Source of the DNA: Paramecium tetraurelia
Lineage: Eukaryota
Direction of reading: 5' to 3'
Assembly: GCA_000165425.1 (NCBI GenBank)
Contig: CT868057.1
Location: 62,001 to 126,000, forward strand
DNA: 64,000 bases
Shown here: piece after piece, positions 1 through 14,485 of the stretch
Layout: each line of letters begins with the position of its first letter
How positions within the stretch are numbered: position 1 is the stretch's first letter
Notes under the pieces: generated by a model
Told to the model about the DNA's origin: nothing
Database searches by the model: none
What the model saw: the letters and a program-made list of their open reading frames with translations, nothing else
Translations under genes and position numbers: made by a program

Positions 1-1364
<1,364 letters not shown>

Positions 1365-1491
1365 TAATTGCCTAATTATATATTATTCAAATATTAGTAT
1401 AACATATTCCAAACCATTTTTTAAATAAGTTCATCAAAGATTTCATTATTTTATCAAAATTCCTTATTTTTTATAAGATGTAAACAGATTA

Positions 1492-2869
1492 TCAATCAAA
1501 TATATAATAATATAAACTTACCAATAATATGAAAGCACAAATTCCTAAAACCAACCAATCATATTTGGAATTAGTTCCAGTTTCCTCCTCCAACTTTACT
1601 TCCTTCTCTTTTTAAGCCAATTTGTCCACCTTTTTGATAATCTTTGATTTTCTCATTTTCCAATTTTATTCTTTCAACCATTTTCTGAGATCCTTCATAT
1701 TTTGAAGGAACAATTATTTGAATTCTTCTTGTACAGAGGAATCAGATAAATCAATTCCAAATTAGGCTGCTTTCTCATTTACAATTGGTTTTGTAAAATT
1801 TGATCTACTTATTCTTTCAATCTTCATTTTAGTAGACATTAATTAAGCCAAGAATTGTCTATGTTTTTCAGCCTCTTCATTTTTTCCTTGAGTTTCATAT
1901 AAATGTAAGATTTACACCCCTCTACTCTCTATAAACTTACCAAGTTCATTGATTTCCTCTGGTATCTGAATACTTGTGTCCTCTTCAAAACTTGGTTCAT
2001 AGGAAAGGGTATTAAAAGAATATTTTTTCCAATCTTCACTATATTCATACTCATCTTCTTCTGAAGATGAATCATCCTCTACTTATTCTGATTATTTTTC
2101 TGTAGGTTATATCTCTTATGGTTTAGGAGATGTTTTTTCAATATTTTTCATTACATTTTATGATATTTCAATACTTGATCTCATCATCTTTTTCAATTCT
2201 AATTTAGCCTTGGTAAGATCCTTTCTAATTGCCTCGTCATCATCAATTGAGAGTGCTTTCTCGAGATCTTGAATTGCTAGTTTGTAATCACTCTCCTCAG
2301 CATTTATATCATCCAATCTAGCCTAAGCTTTACAAAAAACTAATACTTTTGCCCTTCTGTAGTATGCCTTAGCATTATCTTAAACATTTAAAACATAATC
2401 ACAAGCTGCAATAGCATCCTTAAATTACTTTTCTTTAATATAGCAAATAGCTAAATTCAGCAACAATTTTATTCTTAAATCAACAATTCGTTAATCAAAA
2501 TTATCATCCTTATAGGTTAAATCATCATCTAAGATTCCTTCATTTTTCCAATTGGGGTTCTTGTTTTCAATATAAAGGAAAATGCTGAGAGATTTTTCGT
2601 ATTCATGAGAGGCATTCCCAAATTTCCCTTTAAGCAAATAAGTTAATTTTCATACCTTATTAGAATAAGCTATTCCCTTTGTCTTTTAATTCATTTGCAA
2701 AATCAAGTCTCTACTCAATATCCAATTTTCTTTATTCAAGATATTCATTCAGATAATACAAACCAGCTTTAATAAACAAAGGCTGTTTTTCAAAGACCTT
2801 CCTTTTAGAATGCATTTCATGAGATTTAATTGCCACGGCCTATTAGAACATTTAATTAAACTCATTCAT
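1492..2869 (-). CDS. TPR-repeat protein with C-terminal transmembrane anchor
   Basis: TPR motifs (LLLNLAICYIK..DAIAACDYVL..NAKAYYRRA); hydrophobic C-terminal tail WLVLGICAFILLVSLYYYIFD*. Confidence 0.75.
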
Positions 2870-3277
2870 AACTATATATAATATATTTTATATTAATTAA
2901 TAATTTAAGAATTAAGGTTAATGTTTTATCTATTTAATAATTATACGCTGGAAACCCTACGCAAGGGTATTTCCATTACAATTCTTGTATTCTAATAAGA
3001 AAACTCATATTAACTTTGATTTTGAAAATTCATATTATTTTTATCATAAACAACACTTTCTTTAATTTATTAACATCAGTAACTGCTCTTTTTTGTTAAA
3101 ACTATTGAGAAATCCTTTGAATGTTCTGGTACGTAGGATTTAATCAATTTTTATAAATTTAACTCATATTCATGTTAGTCATTTTGAATACTACTCAACA
3201 ACATATATTTTTGCATATTAATTCTAATCCTGAATTTGCATGTTAAATTAAAATTTTTAATTTGTTTTTCTTATTAA

Positions 3278-3811
3278 ATGTATTACTTTCCTTAAAGAGT
3301 TAAAAATATTAGCCTACTTTAGAATTTATCTGATCTTTTGGAAAGCTTAATAGAAAAAAATGTTATGGAAACTAATTAAGACTCTGTATTTAATTCTGGG
3401 ACTACACCTGAGATTAGCCTTGAGAATTATTTAATGAGAATTCAAAGACATGCGAGATGTAGTGAAGAGTGCTTTGTTATTGCTTTAATATATTTGGATA
3501 GAATTTAGGAAATAAATCAAGAATTTTAGTATACGGAGAAAAATATACATAGGTATTTAAAGATCATTTAGTTTAGATGTTTCATTATTGCTGTTGTTTT
3601 AGCAATAAAGTATTAAGACGACGAAATTTTTAAGAATGATTACTATGCTAAAGTAGGAGGCATTTCAATCTAAGAGTTAAATGATATGGAAGAGAGCTTT
3701 CTAAATTTATTAGATTTTGAATTGTTTGTGTACCATGAGACCTTCTCATTATATTTAACCGAAATAAATGAGTGGACTAGATCATAGAATTCCATTAACT
3801 TTAATATATGA
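3278..3811 (+). CDS. PHO80/U-type cyclin
   Basis: SVFNSGTTPEISLENYLMRIQRHARCSEECFVIALIYLDRI and NDYYAKVGGISIQELNDME motifs; one intron at about 3553-3577. Confidence 0.9.
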
Positions 3812-3936
3812 GTTTTAAATCAATAAAAATTAATGTAAGTTTTTATATTGTTTTTAAAACAAATTTTATATTGCAAATTGATTTTGCATATTAATAATAA
3901 AATTATAAGCAAGCTTTCTGAAAAGGAATAAAAGTT

Positions 3937-4450
3937 ATGACGTAAGAGAATAATAACTTAATGCCTGTTGATGAAATCTGGAGACAACTAAGTAAAGTAA
4001 CTGAAACTGTAAACAGGAATGTGGAAAGGATGTCTTAATTATTAGATCAACTTATTACCCATACACTTTCTAATGATGGCGATTATATAGAAATCCCTTA
4101 AAGGAAGGAGGAGCATTTAAAGGAAAGAGAAAAATATGCAAATGATTACAAAAAATGCGTACTCCGAGAATTAAATGATAAACTGAGCTGGAGTATTACA
4201 GGGTCTAAAAACATTTGTAATAAATGTTAAATGATTTGCAAAACTAGAAAAGGCTACTTACTTCATTTATTATAAAAACATTGTGAGTACAAATTCTATT
4301 TGTGTATAAAATGTTATGATAAATTTGATAATTTTAATAAATTTAAATAACATTTATGCAATAACCACGACGATATAATGATATTTTAATTGACAGAATA
4401 ACTATAATAATTAATAGATCATGGAGCAATAGAAATATCAAAAGAATGAT
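3937..4450 (+). CDS. Small protein with two C2H2 zinc fingers
   Basis: CNKC...HLLQKH and CIKC...HLCNNH in an open code-6 frame; start uncertain. Confidence 0.7.
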
Positions 4451-4648
4451 CTATTAAATAAAATTTGATTTATAATATTTCAATCATGTTTAAAAAATTA
4501 TATTAATTTTATTTAGGATCTTTTTAATTAAATATAAAAATATTTCAATTTTATAATCTATTAAATTAATTAATAACATCTTGTATTATTTTAAGATGTG
4601 TATTTTTATTTAAGTAAATAATTCTATGCTGAATATAATATGAATCTT

Positions 4649-4703
4649 AAATGATAAAGTGCTTCATAAGAACCAGGTATCAAATGATAAAGTGATTCAT
4701 AAG
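4649..4703. repeat. Direct repeat of 22 nt with 33-nt period
   Basis: aaatgataaagtg(c/a)ttcataag occurs at 4649-4670 and 4682-4703. Confidence 0.7.
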
Positions 4704-4927
4704 CATCAAATAAAGAAATCATTCTGATATATCAACTGCTTTCTCCTCTATTCATAAAGGAGTTCAGGTAATTTTATAATATTCGAGAACACACTCAAAT
4801 AATGAACTAGCTTTATATTCAGTTGAATTTATTGAACAAAAATTTTAGGCATTTTTAATCAATAATATGTACAAGAAGAACAAAAATGGTTGAATAGTTT
4901 ATTAACTTTATATAATATAGATATTAA

Positions 4928-5371
4928 TCATTTTTTGGCTAGAGCAAATAAAAATATTCCGAAAGAAATTAAGCTTGCTACTGTTCTAACTGCATGTAAT
5001 TAGCCCCATTTTGTAAGTAAGCTTAGTTTAGTTTCTTACTCTAATTGTTATTATCCTAATAATATCTTGTTTGTTGGCATTATGGCTATTAATGTGAATG
5101 GAATGACTGAGGCTAGCAATAACCCAGCTTTTAAGCTAAGTTTATTTTTGTTTTTAAAATAGTTAACAACTCCTACTAATCCTCCGAGAAAGGCTAAAGA
5201 AGCTTACCATTTTGCAGCTCTCTTGTAAGATGGCATCCATTAAGCATGTGCAATATCAGCTCCACAACTCAATCTTGCAGGATGTTCAACAATGTTGATG
5301 TAGATTGATGCCCCACTGAATAATCCAGCGAAAACTGTTCCTAAAAGAGTTAATTTAGTTTCGGTATCCAT
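4928..5371 (-). CDS. DUF1772 / anthrone-oxygenase-like small membrane protein (147 aa, intronless)
   Basis: GLFSGASIYINIVEHPARL..W.PSYKRA..PFTLIAIMPTNK..LLTKWGQLHAVRT, recognised as the DUF1772 pattern. Confidence 0.85.
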
Positions 5372-5920
5372 TTTATTTTATTATATTTATGATAATTAAT
5401 TTTAATTCCGGCTTAAATAATCGTTATAAAGTATAAGTGATTTTAATAATATGCAATTAAAATTTGCATTTAAGTTAATATATTGTATTATTTATTCATA
5501 AATATCCTATTCTGCTAATTTCGGATTAAATGACAAATTCTTTTCTTAAGCATTAATCAAGATTTTATTATTTGCTTAATAGTAGAATAGAAACTTAAAT
5601 GATTATAATTTTCAATCATTTATCTTTGATTCTCGTGTTTTATGTTAGGCTAATTTCATGATTATGTTATTCTATTTTAAATGACTTTTACAGATATCAA
5701 TTTTACTTTGTTATTGAAATGCAAAAAATTTAAATATGATGCAATTTATTAAAATGTCTTTGTTACTAATTGCTATTTATATTGATTTGATATCAATAAT
5801 CTGAAGAATATAGAGAACAAGCATGGAATTTAAATACAATGGATCATAAGGAATAAGTAATAACAATAAAAATGAATTAATTTATAAACATGATGTAATA
5901 AGACATCATATAGATAATTT

Positions 5921-7248
5921 ATGAAATTAATTATTCTTGCTCTCCTTGTTTCCACATAAGTCTTTGGTCTTCAAACGTCATGCAACAAACTTGATCCAAA
6001 ACAAATAAGTGACTTACATGATGCAGAAAATTTAGTTTTCTCAGGATACTTGAACATATTTGAGGAATCTGCAAGTGTTTTGGCATTTTTATTTTATGGA
6101 CATTAATCAGCCAAAACAGTTGACGATTTAAAGAATTATCCAACTTTGATTTACTTGAATGGATTACTTGGAGAAACCTCTTAAATAGGAAATTTCATAG
6201 AAGTTGGACCAATCAGAATTAATTCAAAAGGAACCTTTGAGAAGAACGTTAACACTTGGAATTCTTAATTCAACTTACTATTTATAGATCTACTTGTGGG
6301 AACAGGATATTCTTATCATAACACATATTAAGATATACCAACGAATGCAGAATAAATTTCTGCTCATTTTGTGTATGCTCTTGAATAATTCCTCAAAGCC
6401 GATGATGGATGTGTAAAAAAACAAAAATTCACAGGTCTAGAAACAGCTGATTGGTATATATTTGGTGAAGGTTATGCAGGAAAGTATTAACTTTTTCATA
6501 TTATAGATAAGTTGTCCATATAGCATCTAAAATTTTAGATTCTTAATCTGCAACATTAAATAAACATTTGAAAGGTATTGGACTCGGAAATGCTCACGTT
6601 GATGCAAACAGCTTACTTAGAGAAATCCCCTCATTTGCTTATAACCTTGGGTTGGTTGAACCTAGAGAAAGATCTGAACTAGAAAAAATTGCCTTGAGAG
6701 GAATTCAACAACTCGATAAAAAGGATTATGAAGCTACTCACATAACCATCTAAACAGCCATTGGAATGATTCATCAATTCAGTGGAGAAATCAATATATA
6801 GAATATAGATTAATTGACTGACATTGAGCAACATATCTCAAATTTCAAGACATATTTAAATTTATAGACAACCAAAGCTAATTTAAAATTTGATGAAAAT
6901 ATTCCATTTTAATAATCTTCAGGTGAAATCATTAATGCATTGGGCTAGGACTTTGCAAAACCAGATGCACTCCCTAAATTAAAAGAACTTTAAACAAAAC
7001 TTAAAGTCTTAATTTATAATGGTTAAAATGATATTCTGTGTCCAATCCCAAGCACTTTGAGATATTTAAGTTCAATCAATGATGATTTCAAAACAAAAAA
7101 ATTAGAAGTCTAAATAGTAAATGATAAACCAGCTGGTTATACCTTAACATCAGGATAATTAACCTTTGTAACAATTAATAATGCAGGTTTCCATATCCCA
7201 TTAGAAAAAGGAGAAGTTATTTTAAAAATAGTTAGCTAGTGGAAATGA
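5921..7248 (+). CDS. Secreted S10 serine-carboxypeptidase homologue, probably inactive
   Basis: Signal peptide; F.EVGP, NLLFID..VGTGYSY, LKGIGLGN, VLIYNGQNDILC; nucleophile motif reads GEGYAG. Confidence 0.88.
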
Positions 7249-7276
7249 AATTATCGATAAACATATTATAATAAAT

Positions 7277-8000
7277 TCATTTTTTATCTTCAAGCGGTGG
7301 AAGCTTAACCTCCTTCCTTGTCTATTCAGCATCCTTCCTCCTTTGAAAATCTCTAATTCTTGTTTTCTCATAATAATCTGTAAAACTCAATGTTTTTTCA
7401 GTTCCATCACTGTTTTTTTCCTCCCTTCCAAATATGGCCTAGATCTCCTCATCTAAACCTCCTCTGCCATGACGTACGAACAATAATTCCAATGTGTCTT
7501 CCACTGTAATCTTGCCATGCTTAGCCTTGTCATACATAAAGAACTAAACAATGTTGAATAGATTTCTAAATAGTATTGAAAATGTACCTCGGTTCCAACA
7601 AAGTAGAATCAAAGATGCATCTTTTATACATCATTTGAAATTCATAATAATTGACTCTCTTATCACCATCTTCATCAACTTCCCAAATGAATAATTCTGC
7701 GTCTTTAATTGGTAATAGATAATCTACTTTATCGAGTGCATTCATTAAGGTATCTGCATTTATTCCTGGTTCAAGGGGTTTAATCCTGTCATCATTAAAA
7801 GTCAACAAGTAATTGAAAACTGAGGTGAGTCTTTGTTGTTCTACATTTGATAATTGCTTTTCTGCTGTGATTTCTTCATATGATCTTTCAACTCTTTTTT
7901 ATTACTAACTAAGTTTTTAAGTAGCACTCACAGAAAAGGACTTAGAGTGTTATCTCTATTAATTTTGAATTGTGTTCGACGGTTATTAGGTTGAATTCAT
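7277..8000 (-). CDS. EF-hand (calmodulin-like) protein
   Basis: EVDEDGDKRVNYYEF and MYDKAKHGKITVEDT loops; one intron at about 7566-7588. Confidence 0.8.
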
Positions 8001-8036
8001 TTATTTAAATTATATATATATATAAAGGTTAAATGA

Positions 8037-9309
8037 TCAATCAATCAATTAATTAATAAAACCATCATTAATGCAAACAATTTCTCTGCATTCCCTTACA
8101 AAATCATATGCTTATTCAAAAGGCCAATCATTCTTTCTCATCAAATACATCACAGTAAAACATGCAGATCTTGATTTCCCTTAAGCACAATGTATCAGGA
8201 CCTACACGTTAATGAATAGAAAACCTTCCCATTCTCCTAAAATGCATCCTCTATGAATTAGAATACTTAATCAAAATATTGTTTGATACAAACATGGGGC
8301 TCATCATATATTTCTACTTTCAGATACTTTACTATTATCAAAATGATATGTTATACATTAGTTACTGTAATTTTATATTTCAACAGTGGCATTTACAACA
8401 TGAGTTATGCCTAAGATGTCTATGAGCATTTCAGTGTCTTTAGCATGCTCACCACTACCCAAGTACAATTTCTTCTCAATTATTTCATTAGGAAATGTCT
8501 TATCCAAGAAACCTCTATTTCTTACTACACTATAATTCAAAAAAGGGTAATTAGTAAAAGTAATTTGAATAGGATCCAAAAGAATGAAGATTTGGCTAAT
8601 CTTCTCCTTCTAGAATACTTGATAAGCCTTTAACGTTAATTCAAATATCTATGAATTTGTATAGAAGCAATCATCTCCGTAGTCCATCCTTTATGGTTGG
8701 CTAGCTGATCTGAACTTAATCTTCGGGCCGCTTGATATTGTCGTTTCTTTCAATAACAACCAAATTATTACCATGGAATTCAAGAAGTCTTCGACTTGAT
8801 ATAATAGTTTATTTGATTCCTGATTAAAATAAATTTTATTGCTAAGGGTCTTCAACAATTTCATCGTCAACTGATTATAGGATCATTGTTTAAGCTCTAT
8901 TTTTCCGTTGATGCGTATTGTTCTTCTGGGTTATTTTGGAAATCTCCTCCCATAACTGAATAACTTCTTTTGTAGGAATTTAGAATTAATCACAAGCTTG
9001 TGATCCTTCACTTTTCACTTTATGTTTAAATATCAAACTGAACATGTCTGATGTATCGAAGGGAACAAAAAAATTATAATTCCTCTTTCTGTTGTTAAAT
9101 AATTTTTCGAGTTTCTGATGTTCTGAAATTTATTCTGGATATTGAAAATGTTTTTAAACATCTGCAACTGTTTCGATCCTATCCAAATTGGTTATATGAA
9201 TGCTATTTTTTAGGGAACCGTTTTAATATTCTCTAAAATCATACACAATGAATGGGAACTTTTGAGAAATATTAAAAAAGAACTGAGGAGTGCAAAAATT
9301 AATTTACAT
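8037..9309 (-). CDS. Rhodanese-domain dual-specificity phosphatase (MKP-like)
   Basis: N-terminal DFRE..GSLKNSIHI; PNEIIEKKLYLGS, ITHVVNAT; active site VLIHCAQGKSRSA. Confidence 0.88.
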
Positions 9310-9323
9310 TATATATTATTAAT

Positions 9324-10883
9324 TCAAGCTAGCTCATCTTTAATGATTTTTATCATTTACTTTATATTGAGATCGATTTCATCTGTGAATGTACCCAACC
9401 CGTACTTTTCTACAAAAAATAATAATTGCTTATTATCGCATTTCTCTATATTGCTCATTAAACTGAGTTCCTCAAAATTGCTAGTCTTGCTTGATAAATT
9501 CTTTGGTTTTTCGATCCATTGCTTAGTGATTGTACAATACAACTGCAATTATTTTTAAACTTCAACTTTTAAATCATCAATGTATTAAGCTATTAAATCG
9601 GTTAAAGTTGGGCAACCTTTGTTAGATGTAATCTTACCATTCCTTTAATTAATTTAAAAACTTTGGGTATTCTGTTCATTGATTTTTTAACGAAAGTTTT
9701 CCAAGGAGAATTTCCAAAAGTAAAACAAAATGCATTTCCATTTTAATAAAAAAAAATGATCACAACTAGATGTAATTATTGATATTTACTTTATTTTTTC
9801 AAATTATTCAGATAATTTAGTAAAAATCTATAAGTTTTATAACTTCTCTTGATATTTATTATTATCCTTAATCTAAATCTCATGTTGAATCTCCAAAAAC
9901 TGTTTTGGTGATTACAAAAACATGTCACTTTCAAAAATCTAAGGCCATGTAATTCTATTCTCTTCAGAATATTCCAGCATTCTGCTGATCATTTATAGAA
10001 TTTTAGGGTTTCGATTATTTCTAGGAAATTGCACTTTTTAATTCTAGAAAAATAAATCAACTATAAAACAACCTTAAAGGACCCTAACCTTATTTTGAGT
10101 TGACCCAAATCAAAGATTGATTCATGAATATTCTTTCCAAATGCCAATTCATATAAAATACATCCAAATGACCAAATATCAAATTAGTTCGAATACTTTT
10201 TATCATCAAATATTTAAGGAGGTACATATAAGGGTGTACTAAACAAATCTAATCATTTACATACCCTTTTAATGTATATAATCCTGCTTGTTCTGGATTT
10301 CCCTCAATGAATCGAGCAAACCCAAAATCTGCTATTTTTATCACATTCTAATGCAACAAGATATTATCTGGTTTTAAATCTCTGTGTATCACATTCTCTT
10401 TAACCAAAGCTTAAAAACCATTAGCAATTTGTTTAAAGATATCAACAATTTATTCATCAGAAATGTTGGGACTAACTATAGAATGTGAAATCAATACTTT
10501 TTTTTGATAAATTCAGTCAAAGTTCCTCCATCACAATATTCAATAAATAAATAAATGTAATTTGAGGACACTTTAAAGTCGTAGAATCCAACTAAATTCT
10601 CTGACTTTACTTTTTGCATCACTTAAATTTCCCTACTCTTAGACATTGATATTGAATTACATTCATTATCTCCTTCAGTCGTTCCTCATTCTAAATCCCA
10701 TTGTGTTTAGATTGCTTTACAGCTACTTTGATATTCAATTTCTTGGATTTCCCCAAAAAGACCTCTCCACATTTTCCCTTTCCTAATTAATAACTATCAG
10801 ATACCAAGGGGCTTTTTGTATATAATGTAGTCTCCCACTTCTTTTGCAACTGAATTGTCTTCAAATTTATATGGATTAGACAT
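9324..10883 (-). CDS. Ser/Thr protein kinase (ULK/ATG1-like ciliate group)
   Basis: LGKGKCGEV, VAVK, HRDLKPDNILL, DFGFAR, GTPLYVPPQ, DIWSFG; several tiny introns. Confidence 0.88.
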
Positions 10884-11081
10884 ATAAAAATTAATTAATA
10901 AGATAAAATTGTTAAAATTCTCTAATGAATTAAATCATCTCAGATGTGGGTGAACTTAGAATGAGAATCAAAATTATTCATTATTATCAATTCTCAATCT
11001 TAAGCTTCTTGAAATTCTGAATTCTTAGTATTTCTCACATAGCAAATAAGAATATTTGAATATTTAATTAATTCAAAATTT

Positions 11082-12219
11082 ATGTCAAGCTAAATCAAAA
11101 CTCTTAGGTATTGTAAAATAGCTGGCCATCAAGCCAAAAGGATCATCAAGATTTGTGTTTCGAAGTAAACATGTCCAAATAGATATTTGTGTGAATTGTG
11201 TTTGAAATAATCCCATCAACATTTTGATCAATGTATAAGCATAGATCAATTTCTGTAACGAATCAATCAAATTAAATTGAATTACAAAGATGCAAATAAA
11301 ATTGAAGAGATGGCTTCAATACTCAAAAATAAAATTAATTCCTGTATGTCCATCATTCAACAGCAATTCTAATAACTAGAGGATAGAATTGAAGGCATCA
11401 AGGGCAGCATTAGAAACAGTTTCACCAATATCTCTCAAGTCTTGGATTAGTTAAGTTCCAATCCTTTAGGCTTTAATGATGAAAATCTGAATAGAAATTT
11501 GTATTATCTTTAAGAGGAAAGCTGGAATGAATTTCAAATGTCCATCAACAAAGGGTCACATCTTATGAAACAATATTTCAACATTCTACATGAATAAACA
11601 CTTAGATTTAAACTATCAAGTGGACATTCACAATAAGGAAGCGCAGCTCAACTTTTACAGGTTCCAGAGGTTGCTTGGCATTTAAAAGGAATAGACCAAT
11701 CCTTTGAAGCTCAATTCCAAAATCGTTCCGACGTCTCCAGATTCATTACCTATTACTCTGCACAATCACAAGAGCTGATGTATGATATTTTATTATAATA
11801 TATATGAAGAAGGACAACTAATAAATAATAAAGTTCAATAAGGATACTGGTGTATGAAAGTAAAGGACAGACCACATATCAAAGGAGGAGGGTATTACAA
11901 TAACGGTCTTAAAGTTGGGGAATGGACAGAAATTGTAAGAGACAATCCATTTTAATATCATTACATCACTCATTATTTCAACAATTTTGGTGAATTGTAA
12001 AACGTAGTGGATATCAATTATTGTGACTTGTCTTCAGATGTGCTCAAAATACTAGATGAATATGAGCAACCAAATTTTCTATCTAATTCAAATTCAATAG
12101 CTAAGGACTTATCATCAAGAGTCTTTCTCTCCCCCAAGGCATACCCTATTGATAGAGTAAGATTAGGTTCTTATTCGTCGATTGGAAAATCTAGCAGAAA
12201 GTTGGAGAAATATCAGTGA
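11082..12219 (+). CDS. Protein with B-box-like Cys/His N-terminus, coiled coil and MORN-like motifs; intron acceptor looks defective
   Basis: C..GH...IC....CP.RYLCELC...H.H; GGGYYNNGLKVGEWTE; joining the frames needs a 22-nt intron 11780-11801 that ends in AT. Confidence 0.6.
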
Positions 12220-12357
12220 TATTATTATATAAAAATAAAATTAATATAATCTCTAATATCTATGTATCTAAAAGAAAGGAATACTAATGTTTCTTATTAT
12301 GAGATAACTTGATTTAATTAAATATCTTTTTTATTAATACTTTTTCTAAATTAAAAG

Positions 12358-13572
12358 TCATAATAATAAATCTTCAATATCATCATCAAAATCTACTTAT
12401 TCAGGAGCTGGTGCTTAATATTTTGGTTTATAAAAGTTGCTTGTATTTTATTAAAATCTATCGTTTGACTCTTCAATGAAATCATCTGGATAATCATCTG
12501 AACTTTATTGGAACTAATTTTATGCGTTAGATTAATTTTGAAATTTAGATTTGTTGTCTTGCAGAGGTTCAACATCGTCATATGATTCTAAATCTCCTGA
12601 TGAATAATCTTGTTGTAAATCATCGTACTTAATTGATCTTGATCCTGGGATTGTTGGTTATTTTGATTACTCTTCAAATTTTTAAAGTTTTGAATCATAA
12701 TTAGATTAGGAATAGCCCATAGATTATTAAGGATCCATGTAAGATGACTGCTACTGATTGGTTAAATAACTTTGCTGAATCGGATTTTAAATTGGTACTT
12801 TTTGGGTATTGATTTATTTAGGAAAGCTTTCATTAGAAAGAAAGTCTTCTTCCAAATCTTATTCGAAATGCTATTAAGGTTTCTATTAGTATTAGATTTA
12901 TTAATTCTTTTATACAATTTTCGAGGGTGAATAATGTTTTTTTTCAGTTATTGATTTATTTTTTGAATTTTATTTACTAATAGTTTACTGCTATTCCTAT
13001 CCTTAGGATGGCTATTATTTCACTTCATTTTTATCTTATTCTAATGACTATTCAAATTCTGGAGTTGATGGTCTTTTATGTTTTTTCTTTCCGTTTCCCT
13101 TACCCTTTCTGATCGGTTATTTGATTTCTTAGACAACTTGTGCTGCTACTAATTATGTGAAGTTTTAAATTAGCTTGGCAAAATTGTTTTGCAATTACAT
13201 CATTTATGTTTGAGGTTGTTGAGGTTATGTTTTTTGCAAAAATAGTTCTGGATTATTTTATTATAATGAAAGCAGTTTTTGCTTTCTTTTTTAAGTTTTC
13301 TTAAGAAATATTTATCTTTCCATCTCATCCTGTTATGCTTTAAGATTTTTCTTGTATTCTAAATCTTGTATCACAGTTCCAATGTGCTCTTTTGATTGAT
13401 CATATAAAAGTTCCTTTAAATGATCTTCATAAATTGGAAGGTCGTTAACAATCATATATTGAACCAAATCCGGAGTTAGTAAGGGTACCACTTTTTCAAC
13501 ATGTTTCTCTTTGGATTTTTTTAGTAATTCCTCTTTAACTATTTGTAATAATTATTCTTATTTTAATTACAT
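12358..13572 (-). CDS. Hypothetical low-complexity Q/K-rich protein
   Basis: Long open code-6 frame starting MQLKQEQLLQIVKEELL and ending DFDDDIEDLLL*. Confidence 0.6.
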
Positions 13573-13969
13573 ATAAAATATTAATAATTTATAATCAACC
13601 AGTTTCAGTTTATCAAAAATAATCAATATAAATAATACAAACTATGGAAATAATTTATGCCAAGCAAATTATTAGTTATTGAATACTCATAACCATATAA
13701 TAATTACAGTGTGACCAAGTAATTATCTTAGTTACACTTAAGTATTATACTATTTTTGTTTTTATAATAATATAAGTTTGTATATATAAGTACGCTAAAG
13801 ATATATTTTCATATCATAAAACGAAATAAAAAACTGAATGATCTAGTCCATTCACTTAAGCTGATATCAGCTGAATTGCTCAAACATTATTTTAGTTCGA
13901 TGACACATTAATAAGAAATTTGAAAATTTAAAGAAAAATTATCATATACTATAACTATGATCGAATAAA

Positions 13970-14485
13970 TCAGTATATTGATTTTTTGAATTTTGTAAAA
14001 TCTAATTGTCCGCTCTTCAGTTTAGAGGAACTAAGCAATTGTTAAATTTTTGATATTGACATTTTGATGTCTAATGGTGTTTAATACCCTGATTAATGCT
14101 AACTATCCTATATTCTTGTACTAGGAGTATGGAGACTTTATTTTGAGATTGCGTTTAGGTTATATTTGAAATTAGTTGGCTTGATTCGAAAAGTAGTTGG
14201 GGGAGCATGAATCCTTTGTGGTTTTTCATGCAAAGAAGGACTATAAATTGCCTATGCTTATTTCAATGATGAGAGAGTAGTTTTTTTATTGCTTTTCAAT
14301 CTATTTACTGTTTTTGGGGGTTGTTTTTGTGGCTATATGAATTATTTTTGATAAAATTGAAGACTAAATAAGGATGATGGATTATAGTTTTTATTTTCTT
14401 CTTCTTTCACAATCAAAATGCTTTCATAATCTTAGTCATAGTTGAGATGTTTTTCTTATATTTCGGTCTTAAATCTGCGATTCAT
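13970..14485 (-). CDS. Hypothetical basic protein
   Basis: Open code-6 frame MNRRFKTE...KKSIY*; no recognisable domain. Confidence 0.45.

Noticed and set aside
4626..4900. Possible small plus-strand gene around the 22-nt direct repeat
   Set aside because: No consistent ATG-to-TGA frame covering the repeat
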